The translations under genes and the position numbers were made by a program. Positions 15,353 to 30,600 of a stretch of DNA of 64,000 nucleotides are shown here, piece by piece. The stretch's first letter is position 1. The number at the start of each line of letters is the position of its first letter. Under the pieces are notes generated by a model. The model was not told where the DNA came from, searched no databases, and worked only from the letters and a program-made list of their open reading frames with translations. The DNA is from the human T2T-CHM13v2.0 reference genome, Homo sapiens, in NCBI RefSeq assembly GCF_009914755.1, contig NC_060934.1; one strand, 5' to 3'.

Positions 15353-17217
15353 GTAAGATATTAAACTATGATGTATTGTGCTTAGGGGTGCTATTTAGTC
15401 TAAATGAGTTACAGATCAAAAGCCAGTAACACTAGCAAAGAGAATGTTTATTGTATTCCATTTACTATTGTTAGATACAGGATATGTTAGCATCTACCTT
15501 CAAAATCTGCAGATTGGTTTATTTTTACATTCTACCTGTGAAATTATTGTATCCCAGGTCAATCTTAATGAAAGTCTATACCTTGATTAAAATTTGTCCA
15601 TAGAACAGAATGCATTTCCACTAGAATAAAACCTAAAAGGATTTTTACTTCAATGCTATGATAACTACCAATTCTCCTTCCCCATCCTGAATGATTTTAG
15701 AGTAGACAGATAGGGCAAGGCTGAGCATCCATCTCCATTTCATATCACCCTGCCTGTACAGAGCTAAAAACCTCAAAAGGAAAATAGAGCCCGTGTAGGA
15801 ATGGTGCGAGGAGAAGAGTCATCAGGAAGATGCGGTAACGTGCTTAAGAGAGTGTGCTTAGCATAGGATCAAGGCGACCTTCCTTTCTTGGGCAATGTAG
15901 GATAAAAGAAAAAAGCCAAGTACTTTTTTTTCCTCTGTGCTCTAGATAACCCTCCCATTATTGGTTCCAGTTCTTGTTTACCTATTCTGATAAAAACCTA
16001 TTAACCATCCAATGAAAATGAAGAAAATACCACTAAAACTTGGAGTTATTACTTATGTAATTTAATGTGGAGGAGGTGGAGGAAATCAGATTAAATTTAC
16101 TCTAAGTGTTCAGTGAATGTATCCAACTCTCTAGCAGAAACATAAAATTCTTTAAAAAATATATGAGTACCTTTACTAAATATTTTTTAAGTCCGAAGCT
16201 CATAGAAGACAGTGTGTACTTAATCATCTTTGAGTAGTGCCAGTACATTTATATGCTTAATACCTGACGTTTGTTGCTAATACATTTCACTTTACATCAG
16301 AAATGCAGCATAGGTGAATCACTGAACGTATTTACAGCCAAGTTGTTTCCTTTTTTTAAGTGAGTTACCCAACACCATTATCATACCACTGTTGTTGGCA
16401 TCAAACACTGTATGTATGTTTAAACCAGATTAGTTCATGAAATCTTTTTAATCTTCAGGCTGAAGTGAGAAATGATAGAAGATAATCCCACCTAACATGA
16501 AGTGTGTTTTTAAAGCTATTTTCATTCTGCAGAGAAGACTGAACACAGTGTAACACTATGCTTTAGTCCCTCAGAAAAACCAGCGCCTAAATTGCAGGAA
16601 GGTCCTGCTTAGAGTATCACCCCTGTACCACCAGTACTTGGCAGATGTTCGCACGAGTAAAGGAATGATGACTTACAGATAAATGTAATGAAAAAGGCTC
16701 CAAAGTGACAGGCCCAGCTGTTTGAAAAGATCACATCTGAGCCTCAGTGCCCAAGAGGAAGCCATGCAAATTCAGAGCTTTGTCGGTTGCCAATTTCAGC
16801 ATTTGTTTTGCACTGGCTTTATGACTGTAGGCTCTTACATTTCCAACACTAAACGGGATCCAGCCGTCAATTGCTATTTGTGTCCATACATTACCTCACC
16901 AATAAATGTGATCCTGGTCTTTGAGATACTCGCTTTCTGGGATTCCACTTTTAGTTGATTATCCTAATATGTTATACTTACTTGTCTAGTAATTGGCTAC
17001 TGTTTTAATAAGGTATTGCTATAGAACACAGTTTCATATCTATGTGAATTTTTTAAATTATCCAAAAATAAATAAGAAAATGATCAAATTAGAACTGATG
17101 AAAATATTTAATTGGATTTCACTTTGCTTATATCTACTTCTTACATATTAAACGCTATTGACTTTTCTGTCCTTATTTTAAACTAAGAGATGATCCTAAC
17201 AGGGATTAAGGTGTTCC

Positions 17218-17409
17218 CTTTTTTTTAATTGTATTTTAAGTTCAGGGGTAAATGTGCAGTTTGGTTATATAGGTGAAGCTGTGTCATGGAGGTTTGTTGA
17301 ACAGATTATTTCATCACGCAGGTATTAAGCCCAGTACCCGTTAGTTATGTTTCCTGATCGTCTCCCTCCTCGTACTCTCCACCCTCCAATAAGCTCCAGT
17401 GTCTGTTGT
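17218..17409 (-). mobile_element. Short 5'-truncated L1PA (older subfamily) 3' end
   Basis: L1PA 3'UTR sequence; degenerate TSD taa(g/a)gt(g/a)ttcccttttt. Confidence 0.8.
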
Positions 17410-17838
17410 AAAGTATTCCCTTTTTTACCATCTATAAAGAGAGAGTTGGACAAGGAAATTAATATATAAGAAGGATTAGTAAGATTGTATAATATTATAA
17501 TTTGGTAAGTTAGCCTAAGAGTATATAATTGCTTACAAACTACATCAAAAATAATTTTATCTGTTAATTAAAGTTGCCTTAATGGTTTATAAGCAAACTT
17601 TTAATAGCTAAATTTCTAGTTACTGCCTCTACAATTTTATAAGTAAATCTGTATTTTTTAGAACTATACTATAAATAAAATGTTCATTAAAACAGATTTT
17701 CCTCCATTTACTGTGACTAATGGGAGCATTTATAACATTCATTTTTTGAATGTTATTCTTGTAGTAAAAAGAAAGGCCTACAAGCTCATACGTTTTTGTA
17801 TGCTACATTGGGAAATTTATTTTTGTTGTGTATTATAG

Positions 17839-18141
<303 letters not shown>

Positions 18142-18349
18142 TAGGAGGGAGGCATTTTGTTCATGCAAATGATTATGTGTTGAAAAAAGAAGATAGCTAT
18201 TAACTGAGGCTGAAAGACTCTGGACAGATGGGTGGTACTATGTGGTATAGGCAGCATGATCCAGAGGCGTGAGCTTCTGTACTGAGGAGTTGGAGAATCT
18301 GGGTTCTCGCCCTAGCTCAGCCACTTGCTATGTGACTGTAGGCCTATAC

Positions 18350-18587
18350 CACTGATTCTCAGGTGGGAGAGATTTTGCCCCTCAAAAGACACTTGGCAAT
18401 GTCTGGAGACATTTCTGGTTGTCACATCCTGTGTGGTGTAGGGGCGTGGGGGGATGCTACTGACCTCTAGTGGGTAGAGGCCTGGGAATGCTGTTAAACA
18501 GCCATTCTACAATTTACAGGATGGCCTCCCCACAACAAAGAATTATCCAGCCCCAAATCTCAACAGTGCTGAGGCTGAGAAACCCTG
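18350..18587. mobile_element. MER20 hAT DNA transposon nested in a MIR
   Basis: ttggcaatgtctggagacattt...tgctgaggctgagaaaccctg; 8-bp TSD gcctata(c/a). Confidence 0.88.
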
Positions 18588-18739
18588 GCCTATAACCCTA
18601 ACCTCACTTTACTCGCCTACCAAATCTGCTCTAACTACCTGATAGGATCCTTATAATGATCAAATGAGATACTGTCTCTAACGGTGATTTGGAAGATGAA
18701 ACAATTAGGTTTATGTGTCAATTTAAAAAGCTAACATAA

Positions 18740-19083
<344 letters not shown>

Positions 19084-19537
19084 AAGGAGTTCCTTTTAAT
19101 ATTTGAGATTAACATAAAATAAATTAAGCTATATACTAAATATATTTTATTGAGTAATACGTTATTAGTAATGTGAAGGTTCAATATCTTATATATTTAA
19201 TATTTTAAATGCCCATATTTTTTATATTTTTTCAGTTCTATCATTTCTATTGGTCATTAAACATAATGAAATTTCCATTTTTAAAGATGAAGTCTATTAA
19301 AATTTTCAGGTGAAACCCAGTATTTGAGGAAGTCCCATTTATAATATTCTTCACCCTTTTTCAAAGTATATAAATTACTATTAAGAACAAAACTGTGTTT
19401 TGTGATTGCACATCAAACTTGATTTCTAATTTTCCTCCCCTCCTCCGTAAAACTTTATGCATTTTATTAGCCATTCTTTTACTTGGAGTAACCAAGACTC
19501 CTTCTAAATGTGATGAGAATTCTGATTATTTCTGCTA

Positions 19538-19817
19538 ATTTTTTTTTTTTTTTGAGACGGAGTCTTGCACTGTTGCCCAGGCTGGAGTGCAGTGGCCGGA
19601 TCTCGGCTCCTGGGTTCACACCATTCTCCTGCCTCAGCCTCCTGAATAGCTAGAACTACAGGCGCCCGCCACCACGCCCGGCTAATTTTTTGTACTTTTA
19701 GTAGAGACGGGGTTTCACCGTTTTAGCCAGGATGGTCTCCATCTCCTGACCTCGTGATCCGCCCACCTTGGCCTCCCAAAGTGCTGGAATTCCAGGCATG
19801 AGCCACTGTGCCTGGCC
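19538..19817 (-). mobile_element. AluY with ~18-nt internal deletion
   Basis: TSD tatttctgctaattttt; ctcggctcc|tgggttc lacks the actgcaagctccgcctc segment. Confidence 0.92.
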
Positions 19818-19869
19818 TATTTCTGCTAATTTTTATATGTTCAGCAAATTTGTGGTAGTTCTTGATTTA

Positions 19870-20204
19870 GTTTTTCTTTTTTTTCTTTTTCTTTTTTTTT
19901 TTTTTAGACAGAGTCTCGCTCTGTCACCCAGGCTGGAGTGCAGTGGCGCAATCTTGGCTCACTGCAAGCTCCGCTTCACAGTGAGCTTGCATTCTGTGCA
20001 AACTCACGCCATTCTCCTGCCTCAGCCTCCCGAGTAGCTGGGACTACAGGTGCCCACCACCACGCCCGGCTAATTTTTTGTATTTTTATTAGAGAAGGGG
20101 TTTCACCATGTTAGCCAGGATGGTCTTGATCTCCTGACCTCGTGATCCGCCAGCCTCGGCCTCCCAAAGTGCTGGGATTACAGGCGTGAGCCACTGCACC
20201 CAGC
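19870..20204 (-). mobile_element. AluY with a complex internal insertion
   Basis: AluY diagnostics; non-consensus segment 19978-20003. Confidence 0.92.
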
Positions 20205-20932
20205 TGATTTTGGTTTTCTTTAGAGACCTGGGATTATTTATTTGGAATGCTTTGAAATCAAGAAAACTCTACTACCTTTTTCATGATGGAGATCAAAATT
20301 ACATAAACATATGACTTTTGTGTTGGCCAATCCTTATAGTAGTTTAAGACAAACCAAAACCTCAAGTTTAGAGTCCAGAAATCTAGTTAGCAGCTAATCA
20401 TCAACTTTACTTCCTACAGATCAGACACAATTTTATAACCAAAACTAAGAAATAAAAAAATGGAATTTTTTTATTGGCTAATAGGTAAATTCTCCATCCT
20501 GCTCATGAAAGCAGGTAAACCAAAAATACTAGATACAAAGGAGTTTCAAATATCAAATTAAGATTAAAATTTGACCTTATTATCATGCACTTCATGTTTC
20601 AGAAAAAAATGAGATCTTTAATTTGCTTAAATAGTAATATAGATATTATGAGTGTAATATTAATATAAGTACTCTTAAATTTCAGTGATTTTTTAATGTA
20701 TAAGGCACCATGCTAAGCACTGTGGGAGACACTGAATTTTAGAAGTGGCTTGATCTTCAATATTGGACAGTCCAGTTAGAATCACCAGAGGCACAGACAT
20801 GGAAAGTTAACAAGCAATGTGAAGTAATAAGTGCCAAGGCCAAGAGAATGATATACACAGTGTAAGAGTTCAAGGGAAGGAAGAGCATCTCCAGGAAGGC
20901 TGATGAGAGAGGATATCAAGAAGAGGCATTCA

Positions 20933-21198
20933 GCTAATGCAGAAGGATCATTTGAGGCCAGGAGTTTGAGACCAGCCTGGGCAATGTAGCAAGACCCCAT
21001 CTCTAAAAACAATTTTTTTTAATTAGCTGGGTGTGGTGGCTCATGCCTGTAGTCTTAGCTACTCAGGAGTCTGTGGCAGGAGGATCACTTGAGCCCAGGA
21101 GTTCAAGGTTACAGGAGGCTATGTTCATACCACTGCACTCCAGCCTGGGTGACAGAGCAAGACCCTATCTCTAAAAAAAATGAAAAATAAAAAAATAA
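20933..21198 (+). mobile_element. 5'-truncated AluJ within L2-like sequence
   Basis: ggaggatcacttgagcccaggagttcaagg J-type right arm. Confidence 0.85.
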
Positions 21199-22024
21199 GA
21201 AGAAGGACTCAAACTGGGACTTGAAGGAGGGTACGGCTTATGGAGAAAACAGGAGTTTTCTTGGTGTACAGGTTGGTGTGCCAAAAGCTAGCGGGACTTA
21301 GATTGGATTGGGTTGGTAGAGTGGGCATTGCATTGGTGAAGTGACAGAAGATAATATGAAAAAACAATTGTGTTAAAATTATGAAGAGAGCCTTGAATAC
21401 CAGCCTAATCTTATAGCTTGAAAAATAACCATAGTTTTACAATGTAGAGCATAATGAGAATAAAACCTATTTTCTTAATGATATTGTAGTTCAAATGTCA
21501 GAAATGAGAATAAATTCTTAAATATATTTGTAATTATTGTGCTATTACAGAATAGCAAATTACTACACAATAAATAAAGAGAAGGGGATAAAACTAAGTG
21601 TATAGAGAACACATGAATAGCTGTTCTGAATACAGGAAGTTCCAGAAATAAAAGGCTAAACCTTTTCTGTGTCACTAATTTGGAAGTTGTCATCCAAATT
21701 GGCATAGACTCTTAGGAAGGCAGAACAATTTTCAGAGGTTCTATGGGGGTGTAAATAGAACTGCTAATCCTCTGCATAGGATGCAAAATTCCCCAGACCC
21801 TTTGTTCTGTTGTAGATAAATTCTTCTGTTCTATAACAAAGAAACAATCTTAAGGAAAAATATACAACATGAACTTTGCACAAGACACTGGGTTTTTACT
21901 GCAGCTATTTCAAAGGAACCCTTACGCTAACAAGCCAGCCACTTAACTTGGCTCCATTTTCCCACTAAGCACCTGTACATAATGGTTTGGCTACCAGAGC
22001 TCTAATACAACTAGAACTTACTGA

Positions 22025-22235
22025 AGGCAGTAGTATGGTGGAGTAGATAAGTACCATGCTTTGAAGTCAGCAAACCCGGGTTTGAATCCCAACTCTGCCA
22101 CTTACTAAATCTGTGGCCTTATTCAAAGTTACTTGAGTTCTATAAGCTTCAAGCTTCAATGTCCTTGGCTGAAAATAGGGATGATAATAACAATATCTAC
22201 ATTATATATGTGTTTATAAGTATTAGGTGAAATAA
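22025..22235 (+). mobile_element. MIR
   Basis: ggcagtagtatggtggag...gggtttgaatcccaactctgccacttacta...aaaatagggatgataat. Confidence 0.7.
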
Positions 22236-23429
22236 TATATATGGATTTTATTGATAGAACCAGGTGTCATCAATACATATTAGCTATAATTATTTTTATT
22301 ATTTTTTTTGCCTCAGTCTCAAGCTCCCAAAATTACCTATGACCTATAGTGGCCTAGGGGATGCCCTCCATAAGCACGTGTGGCTTACCTAAGTATTTAT
22401 TTCCACAAGTCCCAGCAACAGCACATTATACATTCAGCAAACGTTTAGTTGAGGGACCCACTGTGTTCCAGTCCTTGAACTAAAAATGAGTTCAAATCTT
22501 AATTGAAAGATTCAAAGTCCAAAGATTAATGGATGAGCCCCTGACATTAAGAAACTTACAGACCTGTTATGGAAACAGGGCTTTAAAAATCTGCATTATC
22601 ATGCAATGTAAAGTCAGCTGCAGGCAGCAAGGGTGTGGGTATCCTGTGTTCATTGTTGTGTCTGAGGCACCTAGAAGGGTTCCTGGCAAATAAATAGTAG
22701 GTGCTCAAATATTTTTCAAATTAATGAAAGAAGACCGGGTATTTTTAATGAAAGTATAAAGAAGATACTCTGAGAGCATAAAGGAAGGATGGTTTAGATT
22801 GTATGAGAAATTCTGATAAAGCAGAGAATAATAAAAGTAATACATAAAACACAGCAAAAATATTTTTACTTACAACATCAATGTAAGTTTGTTTTTTAAC
22901 CTTTTGATAAAGGCTTAATTTTTTTCTTTGAGTGTACATCTATTAATTATAGTTTATTGGCTCTTTCTTGCATAAGCTATCTGTAATCTCTCATTTATGA
23001 TTTCCAGTTAACATTTCTTGGAGTGAAGCAAGATATTAAAAATACTTGTGAAACAGCCACAGGACTGAATATTTCTTGATTCTTATGATTTTCCTCAATG
23101 CTTTGTAATTGCTTCATCCACGTTTAATTTCATGGTTTTTTACAAGACTTCTTTATAAAGTCTTACCAAAGCATTTGATGCAGTTTTATAGAAACAATCC
23201 TCTGGCTTTCTCACTTAGATTTCAATCTGATATTTATTTGAATAACATCACACCAAATACAACTGGCATAAACAGGTTTGGGGGCAAACACAGCTCATCC
23301 AGTGAGAGCAAACACACACACGGGCGCACTAGTGAGAACTGCCAGCCTTGAGCCTTAAGTGTGCAGCGGACCTCAGTTGGTGCGTTTTGCATAAGAAAAG
23401 ACAATTTCATTACTCCAGTTAATCTGTTA

Positions 23430-24700
23430 ATTGAAGATACATTGAGGAGAGTTTTTAGAATATTGAAAAAGTAGGTCTTCCTTAAGGAAACTAGGAGTGG
23501 GATGAAAGGGCGCGCAAGCGTAGTGAGTTACACATACGAAGGCATAGAAGCATGAGCAAACATGGCCCTCTGGCACAATTTTAAGTAACTTTCATGACTG
23601 GAGCTCGGAGTGTCATGGAAAATAGCAAAGAGGAGGCTGGAAAGGCAGATAGGGATATAGGAGGGCAGAAGGGAGCTTGCATGGTAGTCATCATGTGTGG
23701 CAAACAATTTAAAGCCAATGCTTTTTGGCAGGTGTAACCTTTTCCTCCGACATTCCCACTGCTCCCAGGCTCCCATATTTATGGTATCTGCCTAGACTTT
23801 GAAAGCACCTGATTTTGCCATCCCAGCTTAGAACTTGGGACATCCATAGAGACTTTTCGAGTCAGGAAAGGACATGATCAGATTTTCATTTAAAAAAAGA
23901 TAATTCAGACAGAGCTGTGGACGGTGGCTGGGGCAGGGCAGGGGAGTGACAGTGGAGGTAACTAGTTGGGAGGCAATTGCAAAAGTCTAGGTGAGAAGGG
24001 ATGAGGTATTCAATTAAGGTAATGGCAGCAGGCATAGCGAGAAACAAATGGATTCCAGAGAGACTTTAAGCTTGTTAGATCCATAGAGTGAAGAATAGGG
24101 AAGAGTAGGCTGGCACACAGATTTCTAGCTCACCTTTTAAAAAGTGGTAATATCATTCATAGAGACAGGAAATGGAGGAGGAAGGAAAAAGTGATGAATG
24201 TCGCTGAGTTTAAAGTTAACCAGGTGGGCATGTAGAGTAGGAAGTCATAAATAATGTGTTTAGAGTTGATATCAACAGTTAGGGTTGATGGTGTAAATTT
24301 AGGAATCACCACATACAGGAATAGTTGGAGCCAAGCATGTAGATGAGATGCCTGTGGACAGAGCTTAGAAAAAAATGGAACACTGTAGAACACTAGCGTT
24401 TAAGCAACAAGTCATTAAATCATTAAATATGGGGCATGCAGGGAGACTAAGAGGGAGGAGGAGAGGCAGGGGACATTAGGTGGAAGCCTTGGAGAGAGCA
24501 AGACAGAACAGCCAATAACAGCAAGTGCTGCAGAAAAAACGCTTACAATTAGAATGGAAAAGGACCTGTTAGATTTCACCACTCCTGCATCCTTTATGAG
24601 TAAATAAGAGGCCTTGTTGCTATGTGATTAAATGAGATTCTTGGAGCTGAAGAAGTGATGGGAAGTGAAGAGTGAAGAGTGATGGGAAGTGAAGACGATT
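23430..24700. mobile_element. Diverged L2 fragments
   Basis: Purine-rich L2-like tracts (ggacatgatcagattttcatttaaaa, gtctaggtgagaagggatgagg). Confidence 0.5.
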
Positions 24701-26562
24701 ATTTTAAACCGTCTTTCAACTTATCAGCAAAGCTAGTGGAAGAAACAGAATCATTACAGATGAGCGAGGCTTAAGGTGTTTGCTTTGTAACAACACACAA
24801 ACATCCATTTTGTAAATGGAGGGAGCCAGAAGAGAGAAATGAGATTGAAAATATACAGAAAAGGAGGAGGAGATGGCCTCTAGAACACAGGCGGAGGATG
24901 AAAATCTCTGAAGGAGGAGGGAAAATTGATAGTGAACAAATGAATTTTTATTTGGGGAAGAAGCCTATGAATTGTGTGTCTGGTGGCTTCCAGTGATATA
25001 GTAGAGAAGCTTGTCTGCTGAGAGAGGTACGGAGGGCAGGGGCTGCTGGGAGACTTGGAGAAAGCAGGACGCAATTAAGTCGCTTTTGTGAGGAAGAAGA
25101 GAGGAAAGTGGCCCTGGACACTGGTCAGGATCCAGAGCTTTCTTGGGAGCCTGGCTGAGTCAGGAATCCACACATCCACAGGGAGCCGACTGTGAAGATT
25201 TTCTCTGGCTGTGCTCTGAAGCCCGGCACGAGGATAGAGACGCAGATGATTGGCGGGTCCAGGCACGCATGTTTGCAGGGAGTGCACAACAAAGGAATGA
25301 GAGTAGGAAAGGTGCGGGGGCTGCCTAAGGGTGGCTCCTGCGATGAACTGTGAGACCCTGGCTGGTTCTGGAAGGAAGGAAAGCCAAGAGTTGGTGGACA
25401 GGCTGTGAATGCAGAGTCGCCGCTACTGGGTCACCATGTGTACATGAGCGAGTTAGTCCTGAAGTGAGCAGGCCTAGTGGCTAATAGGCACTCCCTGGGG
25501 TTATTTGCACTAACAGCAAAAGTTATGGTCACTTCATTCTATACCATTCTAGGCCAGTATTCTTCTCCACGGAGCCTAACAGAAGCTACTTCATTGCAGA
25601 TTTAATGAGGTGAAACTTAGCAAAGTTGAAATATGTTCATTTTAGAGGTTTTATCTCCGGACTCATTTTTAGATGAGGAAATTGATACTTAATTGTGACA
25701 TGTCCAAGTATATACAGTTAATGAGTCAAGGGTAAAACTCTGCTCTGCATGTCACCGTGCCACCTCAGCCGTCTACATATCAGGGCCTCTCTTTTGAAAT
25801 TCAAAACCTACCAAAATTTGCTGCTTTGTTGCACTGGACTTTCAGGCTAATCTTGCACCAATAAATTAAAAATAGTAGAGTATTAAAAATTCTGGAAATC
25901 TGTCTTTTTGCACAAGATTATTGACCAGTGTAAAGCAGATTTTCTTTCCTTAATTCATCCCCTTCCCCACTAAGCCTTGTGATTTAACCTGAGGACCTGC
26001 TTTCAGTTCTTTCCTGCATTAGCCCTTCCTCTTTCCTTCCCTCGATTATGGATAGATTAACCAATAGAGCAAAACTCTAGCAGGCGACATAGTGTCCCTC
26101 AAGGAAAAACAATGATGGAAGGCATGTATACAGTGATGGGAAGTTTCACTGGAATTAAGCTCCATCACCCAATTTGAAGATCAGCTTCCAGAGTTTTGTT
26201 AACACTAGAATGTGAAAAATAATTCCTTCTGCTTCCTGCCACTGCAGTCCTGCACTTTTTAGTGTCCAGAGAAAGGTAGCGAAAAAACAAAAACAAAACT
26301 GCTAATTTTTTTGACTGATGGAGTTCTTGTCAGGGGAGTGCAGTATTAAGTTTTGAAAGGTGATCACAAAGGTGAAAACACAATGCTCAAATTTATACAG
26401 ACTGGACTGGGTTTCCATCAGTTTGGAATTTGGTCTACTCCGAAGTTGTTCTGAGGATGCCTAAAGGATTTCTCCGCATCAAGTCTGGGCATCTCTTCCT
26501 CAGCCCCTGCACTAAGTTGTTGGGGAACCACCAAGCTACAGAGATGTTGGCACTTTATGCAA

Positions 26563-26736
<174 letters not shown>

Positions 26737-26907
26737 TAATTATGCTGGGTTCACTGAGAATTGTAACATTTTACAATGTTTGAAAGTATGGTTTTTTTAT
26801 GTTATAGAATCTATAACTTACAATAGAGGAAACTCATAAAGATTTTCTTTTTCGTCAACATTAAAGGCTTTTGCTCTTCATAAAGATTTCTTTTAAGAAA
26901 TACAAAA

Positions 26908-27058
26908 GGCTGGGCAAGGTAGCTGACACCTCTAATCCCAACACTTTGGAAGGCCGAGGTGGGAGAATGGCTTGAGCCCAGGAGTTCAAGGCTGCAATAG
27001 CTATGATCACACCACTGCACTCCAGCCTATGCAACTTAAGACCCTGACTCTAAAGAAA
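26908..27058 (+). mobile_element. Alu monomer (FAM/FRAM-like)
   Basis: Single arm carrying the right-arm 31-nt segment. Confidence 0.75.
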
Positions 27059-29224
27059 AGTTTACATTGAAATTTAAAAAAAGAAATGCAAGAAAAATTT
27101 ATCTTGAAGATTTATCAAAAAAGGATAAACCATAATGATTGTACTTTACTTCAGATGGTATTGAAAACAGATATATATTCTCTAGTTTATCACTACTAAA
27201 TATAGTTAAAAAGCTGTAGAGAATCATAATGATCCAAATAAGATTCGTGTTTTCCTTTTTTTCTTAATTCTCAGACCTGCTTCTATCATAAACTTGAAAT
27301 TTTTCTGGAGTAAAATATTCACCACTATTACTAGACTCGCTATATGTATTGGACATTGATGTGTTTATATATTAGCTTGCAGAACCTGTGAGATCTTAGC
27401 TTATTTAATCCCTTAGAGAACAAAGTAAAAAGCATAACCAATCTTGAATATGGAAGAAAGAGAGGTCACTGTTTGGAGAAAGGATGTATTGGTCTTCTCA
27501 GGTATTCTCATAGCATTACGAGACAGGGATCAGGAAATAAACAGGGTTCCATTGTGCACTGAATATATCTTAAGGGGATATGAAATGTATCACGGGGAGG
27601 ATGAGGAAAAGAGCCAAGCTAAAGCCAAGAGATACTCATAGATTGACCACTCAAGAATACCTACTATCAGCCACACCACAGAAGTAAACCAAAACAAACT
27701 CCCATATTTGCAAAGAAATTTATAATATTTGTGTCTTGGGTGTAGGAGATGTGGGAGAGAATTTTAATAATGTTTGGATGAGAAATTATCCCTGTAACAA
27801 TTTAAGAGATTTAAAAAAAAAGCCACCTTAAACTGAGTGTCCTGTGTATTCAGTAATCCATATTTACTTTAGTAAGGGGATATTTTGGGCATTAAAAATG
27901 AGTATTTTATTCACACCATTTTCTCTTAGATTATAAATTTCAAAATGATCAATTTTATCAGGCTAAAATCTCATGATTTACGGTCTGAAACACATGCCTA
28001 ACTTCAAATGGAGTTTTAACTTGTAAAAAGGCCTTTTGCAGTTATAGTTCTGCATGATATTTAAGTAGCATTTTAAAGCTATTTGTATTCTTCCACTTCA
28101 CCTTTTCCAACTCATTAACATGGATAGAAAGTATTAATATAGGAACATTTCTAATGTCATGCAAAAAGAAATGATGACCTTTTTAAACAGATTGAATTTT
28201 AAATGAATTGTCAACAGCAGAATGGACTAAATGTATTAACATCTAGAGTCCTGTAGAAATTAAAACTGAATTAAATCAAACCTGTAACACAAACGTGTTT
28301 ACCCATGGTGCCAAGCTTTTAAGTAATGGAACACTGAGAGAATTCTACAGTCAGGGTTATCAGGTCTCATGACTCAGCCATAAAATTTGAATGTAAGTGA
28401 CTTTCTTGAAGGATTCAATAAACTCTTTGAGATGAGTTTTATTAGGAAATTTAGCCATTAAAAGGAAAACAAACAAAAAACAAGCTTTTCATTTCCTTGG
28501 AGGAGGGGAGAGAAATGTTAGATGAGAACACGCCAAGCCTTCGGGCTCCTCCCTTGCTCCAATTGATGTTGATTTTAGAATAATCAAAAGTCAGCCCTCC
28601 CTTCTCCATGGCAGCCTTTGGGTCCAGTGAGAACCTTGTTAATGAAATCTGCCTGGGGCCTTCTCTTGGCCTTATTCTCTTCACTGACAACAATACCAGC
28701 CCCAAAGGACAGTGACCTGCCTTGTTCATCTCTGTATCCCCAGCAGATACGTACCTGTAACAGGTCTCAATAACATTAATAAACATTAGATGAATTAACT
28801 AACGGAACTATAATTCTGTCCTCTACTTTATAATAAGATCTATTCAGATTTTTTTAATTTGGGAAATATAGTTGCCTTTAAAAAATAAAAAGCATAAAAA
28901 TTAGCTTAGCCCAGAATATACGATGCTAGAAACTTTGCTAAAAGAGCTCAACATCCTCCACTCTTATTGTCTCATCCAACAAAACCTAGTTACCTGTTGT
29001 AAATAAACAGCATGGTTGTCACCTTCTGCATTTCTTCTCAAAGAAATGTTTTCTTCAAGCATAAAAATCTGTACTGTCATAGTGACATCTAGGGCAAAGA
29101 AGCAAAAGACAGTGATTTCCAAAATCTCAAGCAATTTAGAATGTGTTCTGTTCTTCAAAGCACAGCACGTAACTGCTTCACATCTGTGTGCCATGGTTCT
29201 TTGTATTATATTTTAATTTTTCAG

Positions 29225-29387
29225 GTGTTCCTTAAGTATTATCACGTGGAGCAGTTAAATCTAATGCGAAAGGAAGCTATTGACAAGCTTATTTTGATTC
29301 AAGCTTGTGTCAGAGCATTCTTGTGTTCAAGAAGATACCAAAAAATACAGGAGAAAAGGAAAGAAAGCGCTATAATAATACAGTCAG
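29225..29387 (+). CDS. MYO3A: MYO3A exon 28 (163 nt): [54 protein letters not shown] (IQ1, start of IQ2)
   Basis: tttcag|GTG...CAG|gtaatc; IQxxxR motif; overlaps ORF 29141-29584. Confidence 0.97.
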
Positions 29388-30289
29388 GTAATCTCTTTGA
29401 CATATTTAGATATGGTCATAAAATCAAATCTTATAATACTTCTTACAGGCAAACCTCCAATTCTTGTGTAGCTTTTGTGTTTAATTCCAGACTGTGTTGC
29501 CTTGATACTTTTGCTATATTAAATCTAAGTCAAATTGTTTTAGTGATTGACACTTTTAATATTTGGATAAACGTTTTGTCTTAAATAATTTAATTTTTAA
29601 CTTTTCTGTCAAGAATTAATGGAACACAATTGACCTATTGTGGAAGATATAGCAAATAATTAATTATAGATCTCAAGAATCATATTATTATAGCTCATTG
29701 GACAATAAGAATTTTTTCTACTTTATTCCAAAGGTTACACTTGCCATAATTTTTGACAACTTAAATCTTATTTTGTTAAAGGGCATCCATTTATTTCTGT
29801 TAACTGTAGAGAAATAATATTTATAACCATACTTTACTTCACATACTTTTATTAAGCTGTATTAATAGACTTTGGATTTTGCTTTCTATTTTTCCATAAG
29901 AAATGAAATTTAGATAGAGCTTGTCACAGCCTAGTATGCTCTCTTTCAAATTTTTTTGACTGGATACTTAGAGAAAAAAATGTATTTTGCTTTTTAACCT
30001 ATACACACACACACTACAAGCACTGTGTTCTGATATTTTTAATTCTAGTCTATTCCATTTCATTTTTAGATGCTAGATTTGGCCTACTACATCAATTTTA
30101 TGATCCACTAATGGTTTGCAGCCTGCATTCTGAAGAACACTAATATCGTGGGCAGAGGAGCTGACTGACATTCAAGAGATTAACATTCTAATCCCCGTTC
30201 TGTCAATCAGCAATGAGTCATCCTCATCTCTTTTTGTATTTTAAGCCCTTAACTTCTCACTGAGAAATCAAAATGCAAACTCAGTAATT

Positions 30290-30600
30290 TGGGCTCTAAT
30301 CCTTTATCCACAATTTCAAAATTTATAAAGCTCTGATAAAAAGGTTCTTCATAGAGCCTTTGGCAGTAAAACATAGCAATGTGATGTGAAGTTATTTACA
30401 GTTCTTTACTCCCCCAACTTAGTAAAAATATTCTGTTTTTCTGAAGAAATAGTCATTGATTATTGGGCGCTGCCCTGACACAGGGAATGTTACAGAATAT
30501 ATATTTGCTCTGTATTAACTTTCTAAAACTTAAAAAAAATTAATCTGAATTCTCAAATATACAATCTGATCATCTGAAATGTATCTGGCCAAAATATATG
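30290..30600 (+). mobile_element. MER46C-like TcMar-Tigger element
   Basis: aatcctttatccacaatttcaaaa...aaagctctg...tttggcagtaaaac...gctgccctgac...ctgaattc, matched from memory. Confidence 0.6.
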
